Shown here: piece by piece, positions 31,196 through 40,109 of the stretch
Position numbering within the stretch: position 1 is the first letter of the stretch
How the letters are laid out: each line of letters opens with the position of its first letter
DNA from: an uncultured Ruficoccus sp.
GTDB taxonomy: Bacteria > Verrucomicrobiota > Verrucomicrobiia > Opitutales > Cerasicoccaceae
Direction of reading: 5' to 3'
DNA: 64,000 nucleotides
NCBI GenBank assembly: GCA_965140785.1
Contig: OZ223497.1
Coordinates: 128,001-192,000 of the forward strand
Translations under genes and position numbers: made by a program
Notes under the pieces: generated by a model
Database searches by the model: none
What the model was told of the DNA's origin: nothing
Seen by the model: only the letters and a program-made list of their open reading frames with translations

Positions 31196-32971
31196 TCAGG
31201 CAACTGCCGCTTGAGCGCGGAGGCCCTTCGCCTTATGGTACAAGAGGCCGCCGACAAACAGCATGAGCGCAGCGCAGAAGGCGATGGCAAGGCGACCCGC
31301 GAGAGGATTTGGAACGAGCAGGACGCTGCCAATGACGGCTCCATAGAGCAGGCACAGATAGCCGATCAGGCGAGCTTGCTGCTCGGTATTGTCGCCACCG
31401 ATTTCTTTCTCAAAATCCACCGGAGTTTTCAGCCGCCGGGTGAACTCATCCAACTGGGCCGTGTATGCCTGGTTGCTTGCACGCTTCCGGTAGAAGAACG
31501 TGGTGGCCAGAAAGTAGAAGCTGGTCAGGGGGATGGTTATGATGTTGGTAAAGGTGAACTTGTTGGAGACCAGATACGCGTAGGTGCTCTCGCTGATCCA
31601 TGGCGTCAGGACGGCTTTAGCGGTTTCTGTCGGCAGAACATCGTAGATGAGCACGGTCGTCAAAATACCGAAGATGACCGAGCTCCATCCTGACCAAGCC
31701 GGGGTGCGCCTGATCAGGATGCCCATGAAGAGCACGACAGTCAGTGGGGCCTGGACGTAGGCGTTGAGGTAGAGGTAGGCGTCAAACAGCGATACACGCC
31801 CGCGGCACACAAGGAGGATGGCCAGCAGCATCATGACGACACCGGAAAGCACGGTGCAGAATTGGCCGGCGCGGAGCAGTTCATGCTCACTTGCATTCGG
31901 CCTGAAAAGGGGTTGGTAGAAATTTTTCACCAAAAAGCCGGCGTTGATATTCAGGCCGGCATCCACGGACGAAAGCGTGGCGGCAAACAGTGCGGCGACC
32001 ATTAATCCGAGCATCCCGCTGGGGAGCACTTCCACGCATACTGCAATGTAGGAGGCCTCCGCAGGCAGATTGAAATTCGAATATTTCTCCGCCAGGTCCG
32101 GCACAATGATGAGTGCGCCGATGGCCGGGATGAACCAGAATACCGGCAGGACCAGATAGCCGATCAGTGGAATGAAGGCCGACTTGCGGGCATGCTTGTC
32201 GTCCTTGGCCATGATGTATTTGGCCGCCCCGAAGGCGATGCTGTTTTTCTGGTAGATGCCCCAGATCAGGGCGGTCGTGACATAGAGCCAGTCGTACTTG
32301 ATCGAGCCGAGGGGTTTGAAAAACTCCCAGTGGCTGCTGGGGATTTGCGAGATAAACGAAGAGAATCCTCCGACATGATGAATGGTCAGCCCGGCCACGC
32401 CGATGCTGCATCCGATAAGCATGAGTGTCTGCACGAACTCGCCTGCGCTCACGGCCCACTTCCCCCCGACAGTGGCCAGGATGATAATCGTGCAACTGGC
32501 CACCACGATAACCGGGATCTGGCTGATCCCGAACACGCTGGAGAGAAGAATCGACAGCGCCACCAGCCAGACAGCCCCGCCGACATAGGAGGTGATGATT
32601 TGCAGCCAGGTGAACAACTGCTCGTTACCCCTTCCGAAGCGCATGCGAACAGCATCCATGGCCGTGATCAGACGCAGCCGTCGAAAACGGGAAGAGAACC
32701 AGATGACGGAGATGACAAAGCCGGCAATGTCGATGAGCGGGATGCTGAAAAACAGGATACCGTAGGAGTAGGCCATGCTGGCCGCCCCGGTAAATGTCCA
32801 GGCGCTGAAGTTCGTCACCAGGGCACTCGCCCCGAGTAACCACCAGTTCATTTTTCGACCCCCGGCGAAAAAATCATTTCCGCCCTTGTTGAGCTTCTTG
32901 AAAATAAAACCGATGGATGCCATGAACGCGAAGTAGAACACAATCATGGCGTAGTCGTAGATCGTCAGCAT
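31196..32971 (-). CDS. Sodium:solute symporter (SSS) family transporter
   Basis: DFFAGGRKMNWW, SAWTFTGAA, LPSGMLGLMVAALFAATLSS. Confidence 0.9.
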   Translation of the reverse strand: MLTIYDYAMIVFYFAFMASIGFIFKKLNKGGNDFFAGGRKMNWWLLGASALVTNFSAWTFTGAASMAYSYGILFFSIPLIDIAGFVISVIWFSSRFRRLRLITAMDAVRMRFGRGNEQLFTWLQIITSYVGGAVWLVALSILLSSVFGISQIPVIVVASCTIIILATVGGKWAVSAGEFVQTLMLIGCSIGVAGLTIHHVGGFSSFISQIPSSHWEFFKPLGSIKYDWLYVTTALIWGIYQKNSIAFGAAKYIMAKDDKHARKSAFIPLIGYLVLPVFWFIPAIGALIIVPDLAEKYSNFNLPAEASYIAVCVEVLPSGMLGLMVAALFAATLSSVDAGLNINAGFLVKNFYQPLFRPNASEHELLRAGQFCTVLSGVVMMLLAILLVCRGRVSLFDAYLYLNAYVQAPLTVVLFMGILIRRTPAWSGWSSVIFGILTTVLIYDVLPTETAKAVLTPWISESTYAYLVSNKFTFTNIITIPLTSFYFLATTFFYRKRASNQAYTAQLDEFTRRLKTPVDFEKEIGGDNTEQQARLIGYLCLLYGAVIGSVLLVPNPLAGRLAIAFCAALMLFVGGLLYHKAKGLRAQAAVA

Positions 32972-33098
32972 TGGGAAATGGGTTGCGTTGGTGACTCAAC
33001 AATGGGGCAGGCTGCCCTAAGCCTGATCCAATAGGCAATGAGTTCAGAGCTCATTTTTAGATCAGCAACGAGGAGGGAAATGCTGTCTAGGAGAAGGA

Positions 33099-34646
33099 TT
33101 ACGGAGTCCAGGTGTCCCCTGTGTAATCCAGCCACTTCTGCAGCTCGGTGGTTAGCTCAGCAACCACTTTCGGCTGTTCATCCGCCAGATTATGCATTTG
33201 GAACGGATCATCTTTGTTATTATATAGCCTTACAAATGGCTTATTGATATCGCGACTTTTGCTCAGTATTACGAAGGTGTATTGTTCAGTACGAACCCCG
33301 CGGCTTCCGCCGACATAAAAATTACAGTAATACGACGACTTTGGTCGTTCACCTTCCCCCGTCAGGAAACTTGAGGAAAAATCGCTGCCTTGTACCGCTG
33401 GCGGAATCTGGCTATGTAGTCCAGTCAAGCCCAGCAATGTCGGCATAATGTCCGGGGAATTAAACAGGAGGTTGTCTTTGCGTGGCGCGATTTTTCCAGG
33501 CCAGCGGACAATAAAAGGAACTCCGAAAGCTTCTTCATAAGGCTGCGGCTTCCCGCGTAGACCATGACTGGCCAACATTTCGCCGTGATCGGATGTAAAC
33601 ACAACAATCGTGTCATCTTCAATGCCTTCCTGACGTAACGTATCGAGTAGTCGTCCGAATTGTTCGTCGATTCCTGTAATCGCTGCGAAATATTCCTTGG
33701 AATATTGGGAGACCGCTGCGCCTTTTTTTGTTTTAGTGTCGATATTGGGGCGAACCAGTAGTTCCTGATCTGTTTTTCCGCTGTAGTTATCCAGATATTT
33801 ATCAGGGACCTGATCGAACGGCGGATGAGGAGGGTTATAGGAAATAAATAATGCGAACGGCTTTTGGGGGGCACGATACTTCCCGTCTGGGTTCTTAATG
33901 TACTCCACAGCAATGTCAGTTTCATGTTCCGGCGACCACTTGTTAATGGTGAAATGCTCCATGCGTGGCGTATCACGCTTCCAATAGTGTGGCGTAAGAT
34001 GCTCATCGCAGCAGCCGTAAGAATACCAGAAATAAAATCCGTGTCGCCGATCCGGTGGCGTCCACTCATCCCACCAAACAGGACCTCTTGGGGATGGGCG
34101 GGGCTTAAAGACATAGGGAGCTTGGGGTGGCTCCAAATGCCACTTTCCGATATAGCCCATGCTGTACCCGTTATCCGCCATAACATCGGAAATACAACGC
34201 TCTTCTTTATGCAGGTGATTGCCATCATCCGCAGTGGAGCGGCAGTTCATTTTTACGCCATGTGCTATTGGATATTTTCCGGTCAGCATGCTGGCACGGT
34301 GAGGACTGCAAACTGGCAATGTGCTGACTGCATCCGTCAGAACCAGACTCTCGGCAGCAAATCGATCAATATTCGGTGTGATGACTGGATCTGCATCCAT
34401 AAAACCGAGAGCCTGACGTCGGAGCTGATCCGGAAAAACATACAGGACGTTTGGCCGCTTGCCGGAAGCTTTCACGTTGGCAGCTAATCCAGTTCCTGAC
34501 AGGACTGCGGCTGATACTGCAATCGTCAGTTTTGAAAATTGCCGTCGCGTCAAAGACTGTTTCCTCAATGAGCTTTGCTGGTCGGAGGATAGAGGCTTGC
34601 TCTCTGTATTAAGTATCTCATTTGAAAGTGTCGGTATCTTTCTCAT
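33099..34646 (-). CDS. Cys-type sulfatase with Tat-like signal
   Basis: TRRQFSK, RPNVLYVFPDQLR, CSPHRASMLTG, GKWH, SDHG. Confidence 0.92.
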   Translation of the reverse strand: MRKIPTLSNEILNTESKPLSSDQQSSLRKQSLTRRQFSKLTIAVSAAVLSGTGLAANVKASGKRPNVLYVFPDQLRRQALGFMDADPVITPNIDRFAAESLVLTDAVSTLPVCSPHRASMLTGKYPIAHGVKMNCRSTADDGNHLHKEERCISDVMADNGYSMGYIGKWHLEPPQAPYVFKPRPSPRGPVWWDEWTPPDRRHGFYFWYSYGCCDEHLTPHYWKRDTPRMEHFTINKWSPEHETDIAVEYIKNPDGKYRAPQKPFALFISYNPPHPPFDQVPDKYLDNYSGKTDQELLVRPNIDTKTKKGAAVSQYSKEYFAAITGIDEQFGRLLDTLRQEGIEDDTIVVFTSDHGEMLASHGLRGKPQPYEEAFGVPFIVRWPGKIAPRKDNLLFNSPDIMPTLLGLTGLHSQIPPAVQGSDFSSSFLTGEGERPKSSYYCNFYVGGSRGVRTEQYTFVILSKSRDINKPFVRLYNNKDDPFQMHNLADEQPKVVAELTTELQKWLDYTGDTWTP

Positions 34647-34797
34647 TTTATCTAGTACTTATTGTATTGAAGACATGAAAAATCTATCTCGCGTATGACA
34701 TCTATACGCGATAATCTACAGAAAACTCTAAAGGAGATTCACCTACAGCCCTTCCGGCGGAAGGAAATGCTGTTGGTGGAATATCGCCTTTTGCACG

Positions 34798-35643
34798 TTA
34801 GTCTTTCTTTGACCGCTGATTGCGAAGCAGGGCTACAACTGCGGAGAGCCCGACCAGCCAGAGCGCGGCTTGCTCTGGTTCAGGTATCTGGTGGCTGATA
34901 TCCGCTCCCTCGAAGAGGTAAACATCGTCGAGATACGCCTCGCGCGATAAGCCCGAATAGTCCGTGGAGAAGCGGAAGGTCGTCATGTCGTTGCCTCCTT
35001 CGGTATAGACCGTGGAGCCGGATACCACCGCGATGTTATTTCCCTTCAGGACTCCGTCGATCCAGATGTCGAAGGTCAGTGAGGCGACACTGTCGGAGCC
35101 ATCATTATAGGAAACCGCCGAGTTGGAGGTGTTCACCACCATGTCCACCCGGTGGAGGGTATCCTGACTGTATGCCGCAGCGAAGGTATTGTCCAAGTCG
35201 CTGAGTACACCGCCGTTGAAGGTGGCCTGAAAAGCGTAGTTTTCCCTCGTGTTATTGTTTTCCCCGAGGGTGAGCCTGAACTTGGTGCCGTTTACGGCGC
35301 TGGACTCATAGTAAAAAAAGCTCAATGTCGCCACCTGGAAGTTCATGCCGGTGGCATCCATACGAGTACTACCTGTGTTGGTCGTATCTCTGACCTGGAG
35401 GATTTTATTGCTGGTTCCCTGGCCGAAACTGTCCGCGGGGCTGAGGGGGGAGCCGTCGTCGAGCACCACGTCCAGCGTGGCATTCGTCGCGGTTGTGATG
35501 GAACTCCATTTGGGGCCGGTTAGTGGCGAGTCCGCCGTGTAGGATTCGAAATTGTCGGAGAAAAGAATGGTCTGCGCGTGGGAGATTGTGGCGGCTGCGA
35601 CCATCGTCAATACTAGGCTGGGGTAATACGTTAGTTTGTTCAT
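34798..35643 (-). CDS. PEP-CTERM sorting-domain protein (module B)
   Basis: Signal peptide, LFSDNFE, IPEP + TM + basic tail. Confidence 0.9.
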   Translation of the reverse strand: MNKLTYYPSLVLTMVAAATISHAQTILFSDNFESYTADSPLTGPKWSSITTATNATLDVVLDDGSPLSPADSFGQGTSNKILQVRDTTNTGSTRMDATGMNFQVATLSFFYYESSAVNGTKFRLTLGENNNTRENYAFQATFNGGVLSDLDNTFAAAYSQDTLHRVDMVVNTSNSAVSYNDGSDSVASLTFDIWIDGVLKGNNIAVVSGSTVYTEGGNDMTTFRFSTDYSGLSREAYLDDVYLFEGADISHQIPEPEQAALWLVGLSAVVALLRNQRSKKD

Positions 35644-35797
35644 AGGAAGCTAGTAAATCCTCGACCAGTTGGGGGCACAAACCCGAGCTTACGAAAACAG
35701 TTGCGTTAGATGGACGCTCCGGTCTTTGTAACTTTGTCCAGACTGCTTAACGCATCCATACGCCCTTTGGCCGCCTTCATTATAAGGCGTTCAACCG

Positions 35798-37247
35798 GGG
35801 GTTGAGTATGCGATTTAGGTTTCCTTGTTTCTTTACAGCGACTTATGGCTTTCTGAAAAAGTTAGCTTGAAGCCGTAAGCTTTCCGTTTGTTGAGCAAGT
35901 TGGCGGGGTGGGGGAAGCTGCGAATCGCTGATCGATTAACCGCCAGCAGCAGCAAGTCATCGACTATTTGGTCGAGGTACCGAACTGAGGCGTAGCCTCG
36001 GTGACAAAGCGTAGCGCCCAAACCGTGTCCTTCGCGAGCAACTCGACATCCATGCCAAGGGCAAGCGCATTCGTTTCAACGCGAACCAACGCAGGCGCTT
36101 GGCAGAGAAAGGCCGTTGCCTGGGGCGTAAGATGCTGATGAAGATCGCGACGCTCGTGACGCCGGAGACGATCTATCGTTGGCATCGCCAATTCGTCGCA
36201 ATGGCTTATGGTCCGAAGGGCCACGATCATTCCGTAGTTCATGCGCGGCGGGCCGAGCGCAATGCGCTCATCATCAAGCTTGCGGTTGAGAACACGGGGT
36301 GGGGATACACGCGCATCCAAGGGGTGATGCAGAATCTCGGTTATCCGAAACTGAGCACTTCGACCATCGGGGAGGTGCTGCGAGAGGCTGGTATCCGGCC
36401 TTCGCCGGAGCGCGGCAGTCGCTTGGATTGGAAGATGTTCATTCGCGTTCATGCCGATCAGCTTGCTGCCACAGACTTCTTCATGGTGCCGGTGTGGACC
36501 TTGCGCGGACTGGCCATGTACCGGGTGCATTTCGTGATCGATCTGCTGACGCGAAAGGTGGAGATCACGCATATCGGTTGCCAATACTCCGGAGAGTTGA
36601 TGCTCCAAATTGCCCGGAACCTGACGGATGCGTTCGAGGGATTCCTGACCGGCAAGAAATACCTGCTGCACGATCGGGATACTCTCTTTACAAATGCGTT
36701 CCGCGAGTTGCTGCGTAGCAGTGGCACTACCCCTTTCAGGCTTCCTCCATGCATGCCGGTGATGAACGGCGGGCGCTACGCCAGCCCGCCCGGCTACGCC
36801 GAGTGCTTCGTCAAGTCGATCAAGCGTGTACCGAGCCTGCGAAGCGGCGACAAAGCGAAGCGCCTATGCCTGGCCAAGATGATTTTCTTCAGCGAGGATG
36901 CTCGTGCGGGAGGCCATCGCTCAATACGTGCGGCATTATCACCATGAAAGGCCGCATCAGGGCCGCGACAACCAGATCATTGAGCCGGACGTGGCAACCT
37001 TTCGCAATCAAGGCCCGATCCGAAAAATCGCACACATCGGAGGGCTCCTGAACCACTACTATCGTGATCCATTACCGAAAATCGAGGAAGAGGAGGGTAG
37101 GGCCGCATGAGCTTTCCCGATAGTCACTTTTCTTCAAAAAATGCCCGAGGTCGATGCTCGGGTGACTCCTTCCCCATCGACTCATATGCCCTGAATCGGC
37201 AAAATCGCGGGCCTATGAGTTCGCCCTTCAACGAGCAAACGAAAGGA
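35798..37247 (+). mobile_element. IS copy 2 carrying inserts d, a, b and c; frameshift near 36903; right terminal IR missing
   Basis: Co-linear with copy 1 from the transposase start to GAAAGGA. Confidence 0.85.
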
Positions 37248-37683
37248 CTGATTTTGAGTTTAGAAGCTATAGCGCTAGAACGGAGAAAATACTAGAAGTA
37301 TCTATTTATCAATTTCTTGAGAGAAATTGGTTGTCGAAATCCCTGAGTAGTGAATGCCATGTTTTACCTTCTGACCTTAATCATAATGCTATTATTGCCG
37401 CGCTAAAAAATGGAGATCGTGCGCATCGAATTCTCGATCAGAAGGCTTGGGATTTAATTCGTGAGAGAGTTCTAAAGTCGGGAGAGGCCAATGTCAGGAT
37501 CGCTTCTATTGCTTTTAGAATTGCCGGGGCACAAACAGCAGGTCCAGGTCTTGTGTCATGAACCTACGCCTGCTCAAGCCAGGCGAACTGGAGCGACGCT
37601 TGATGACGAGGGATCATTGAAAACAACGCTGTTGGACTCCTGTGCCGGGGACGGGCTTGCTTTGGGGTTCGTCGAAGTCTCGT

Positions 37684-38520
37684 CTATTTTTGGGCCTCGG
37701 CGCTTTCTTTCTGCAGCACGCGCTTGACCTCGTTGAGCAGGAGGGGGAAGGCTGGGCGCTCCATCCCGTGTCCGTAGCCGTCCAGCTCCATGATGCGGGT
37801 GTCCTTGTGCCCGGCGACGCGCATCATACGCATCATGTAGGCGTTTTCCTCGTAGCGGCCGAGTAATTCCAGCTCGCGGTCACCGGTGATCAGGAGCAGG
37901 GGCGGGGCGTCCGCGCGGACATAATACAGCGGCGCGTATTCGTCGATGACCGGGCGCTCCCAAGGGATGCCCTCTTCCTTGCGAATGGTGAAGTGCGTGA
38001 TCGTGTGCCCGCTGAAAGGGATGAGCCCGGCAATGCGGTTGGCGTCGATGCCGTAGTCGGCCAGGAGGGCCTTGTCCAAGCCCACCATGCTGGCGAGGTA
38101 GCCGCCGGCGGAATGGCCGGATAGGAATATCTTATCGGGGTCGCCGCCATACTCGCCGATGTGCTCGAAGACCCAGGCCACCGCGGCGGCGGCGTCATCG
38201 ACAGATGTCTTGCCGGAGACTTTGGGCGAGAGGCGGTAGTTGGGCGAGACGACCGCGTAGCCCTTGTTGCGGATTTCGCCGGGGAGGTACTTCTTCCCCT
38301 GTTCCAGGCCGCCGCCATGGAAATAGACGATGGTCGCGAAGTCCTCGACATCCTCCGGATAACTCATGTCCAGTACGCACATTTCGTCGCTGTAGGCGTC
38401 CTGACCGGTTTCGCGGTAGGGAATGTCCTTGAGGACTTTTTCGCCCGCGTGGATGGCGGAGGTGAGCGCGGCCATCAGTGTAAACAGTAAGCCCAGATGA
38501 GGAAGGAGTCGGTAGGTCAT
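37684..38520 (-). CDS. Alpha/beta hydrolase (esterase)
   Basis: HGGG oxyanion motif, GHSAGG nucleophile, signal peptide. Confidence 0.88.
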   Translation of the reverse strand: MTYRLLPHLGLLFTLMAALTSAIHAGEKVLKDIPYRETGQDAYSDEMCVLDMSYPEDVEDFATIVYFHGGGLEQGKKYLPGEIRNKGYAVVSPNYRLSPKVSGKTSVDDAAAAVAWVFEHIGEYGGDPDKIFLSGHSAGGYLASMVGLDKALLADYGIDANRIAGLIPFSGHTITHFTIRKEEGIPWERPVIDEYAPLYYVRADAPPLLLITGDRELELLGRYEENAYMMRMMRVAGHKDTRIMELDGYGHGMERPAFPLLLNEVKRVLQKESAEAQK

Positions 38521-40106
38521 GGTTGGTTCTCGTTGCTAAAGATTTCGCCGGCCTGGGAGCGGCGTGTCAGATTCATGAAGTGGTCGGGGCTTTGCCAGCG
38601 ACCGTCCCAGTAGTAATCGTAAGTACGATTGATGCCGGTGCCTTCACCCAGGTCGTTCCAGGTGGCCAGCACGAGGATATCGGAGTCGCGGGTCTGATCG
38701 AGGACGTGCTTGAGAATGGCATCGTTTTTGGCCAGGATATCACCGGCGTTGGCACGGCGCTCGGTGTTCTCGTTCCATCGGCTGGTGCTGTCCCAGCGCG
38801 GCATGCTGTGGCTGAGGGAGACGCCGTTGAGGGTGCTGGTGGCGACGTTCCCCGGTTGATTAAAGGTGTACCACAGGAAGCTTGCGTCGGAGACCTCCTC
38901 AATTTCGCGATTCAGCATGAAGGCCTGGTCCATGGCGACGAACGGCTCCTCGCCAAAGTCCTCCAGAAAGTGAACCTTCATCCGGTCGATGACTTCGGCC
39001 AGGTTCTGCGGGTTGAGCAAGGTGTTGCTGTTGTAGAAATAGATGAAGGGCCGTCCATCCACCGTGTACCAGTGCTCGCGCGGGAGCTTGGAAAAGAAGG
39101 GCTTCCACTTGGCTTCATAGAGGAGCTTGGCGGTCGCCTCCTCATCCGCACAATCGGGGCGTTGCTCCCAGAAGGTGCTGAACCAGGGCTGGCCCCAGGT
39201 CCAGGTGTCGTCGAGCATGCCGATCTTGATCACGTCGTCGCCATTCTCGCGTTGGAGGCGTTCAAGGGCTTCGTTGAGGGGCTGCATGTTCTTGTCGTCG
39301 AGATCCGGCCCGTAGACATTGAGGAGGACGAAGTCGAGACCGGCATAGCGCGCGTCCTTGAGTTCGCGGTACCAGAAGCCGGCGTTTTGCGGGTGGTAGT
39401 AGCCGCGGTGAGGCGAGCGGGGCGTGTCCCCGGCAAAGGTGTAGATGGGGGCGGGCTCGAACATGCCGGGGGAGTGGTTGTTGGCCCAGCCGGGGCCGCC
39501 GTTGGGGGCACGCGGTGAGGTGAAAAAGAACATGAAAACCGCTCCGAGGTCGCGGTCGATGACTTTAGGCGGCGGCTCGGTGAGGGCGACCTGCTCGCTC
39601 CAGGGGTCGCTGTAGCTCCAGGTCGGGCTCACGTTTGCCTCTTCGGCCAGCAGGAGGGCCAGGTCGATGCGGCGCGGGGCCTGCTCGGTGCCCAGGAGCG
39701 CAGCGCGGGAGTGGACCCAGTCTTCCTTCGGATGCTTGCCGGTCAACTGTGCCCACAGGCAACGGACAAAGGCTTCCGGGCTCTCGCCCAAGTTGACGTC
39801 AACGACGTTGGTTTGGGTCAGCGTCTGAGGATCGACCTCAGGCTTGAGTTTGAACTCCCCGGTCGCGATAGGGTCCGAGGCTGCCGTTGTTTTCTTTGTC
39901 TGCGTTGTAGCCGGGGGCGTGAGCGTCCCGGCTTGCGCTTCTGAGGGAGATGTCAGGTCGGTGGTGGCCTGCTGTTTCGGCGCGGGCGCGGCTTTTTTTT
40001 CAGCGACAGAGGGAGGTTGAGGGCGGTCGGGAGCGTCGCATCCCGCCAGAGCCAGGATGAGAAGGAGTAGGGAGATGCCCGGCTTTTTGAGGATTTGGTG
40101 TGTCAT
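38517..40106 (-). CDS. Lipoprotein with a putative glycoside-hydrolase (DUF5010/GH99-like) domain
   Basis: LAGC lipobox, low-complexity linker, ARYAGLDFVLL, VDGRPFIYFY, TWNDLGEGT. Confidence 0.55.
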   Translation of the reverse strand: MTHQILKKPGISLLLLILALAGCDAPDRPQPPSVAEKKAAPAPKQQATTDLTSPSEAQAGTLTPPATTQTKKTTAASDPIATGEFKLKPEVDPQTLTQTNVVDVNLGESPEAFVRCLWAQLTGKHPKEDWVHSRAALLGTEQAPRRIDLALLLAEEANVSPTWSYSDPWSEQVALTEPPPKVIDRDLGAVFMFFFTSPRAPNGGPGWANNHSPGMFEPAPIYTFAGDTPRSPHRGYYHPQNAGFWYRELKDARYAGLDFVLLNVYGPDLDDKNMQPLNEALERLQRENGDDVIKIGMLDDTWTWGQPWFSTFWEQRPDCADEEATAKLLYEAKWKPFFSKLPREHWYTVDGRPFIYFYNSNTLLNPQNLAEVIDRMKVHFLEDFGEEPFVAMDQAFMLNREIEEVSDASFLWYTFNQPGNVATSTLNGVSLSHSMPRWDSTSRWNENTERRANAGDILAKNDAILKHVLDQTRDSDILVLATWNDLGEGTGINRTYDYYWDGRWQSPDHFMNLTRRSQAGEIFSNENQP

Positions 40107-40109
40107 GGA

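Noticed and set aside
37250..37680. Defence gene in the AT-rich patch after IS copy 2
   Set aside because: Only short ORFs with no recognisable motif; cannot be assigned
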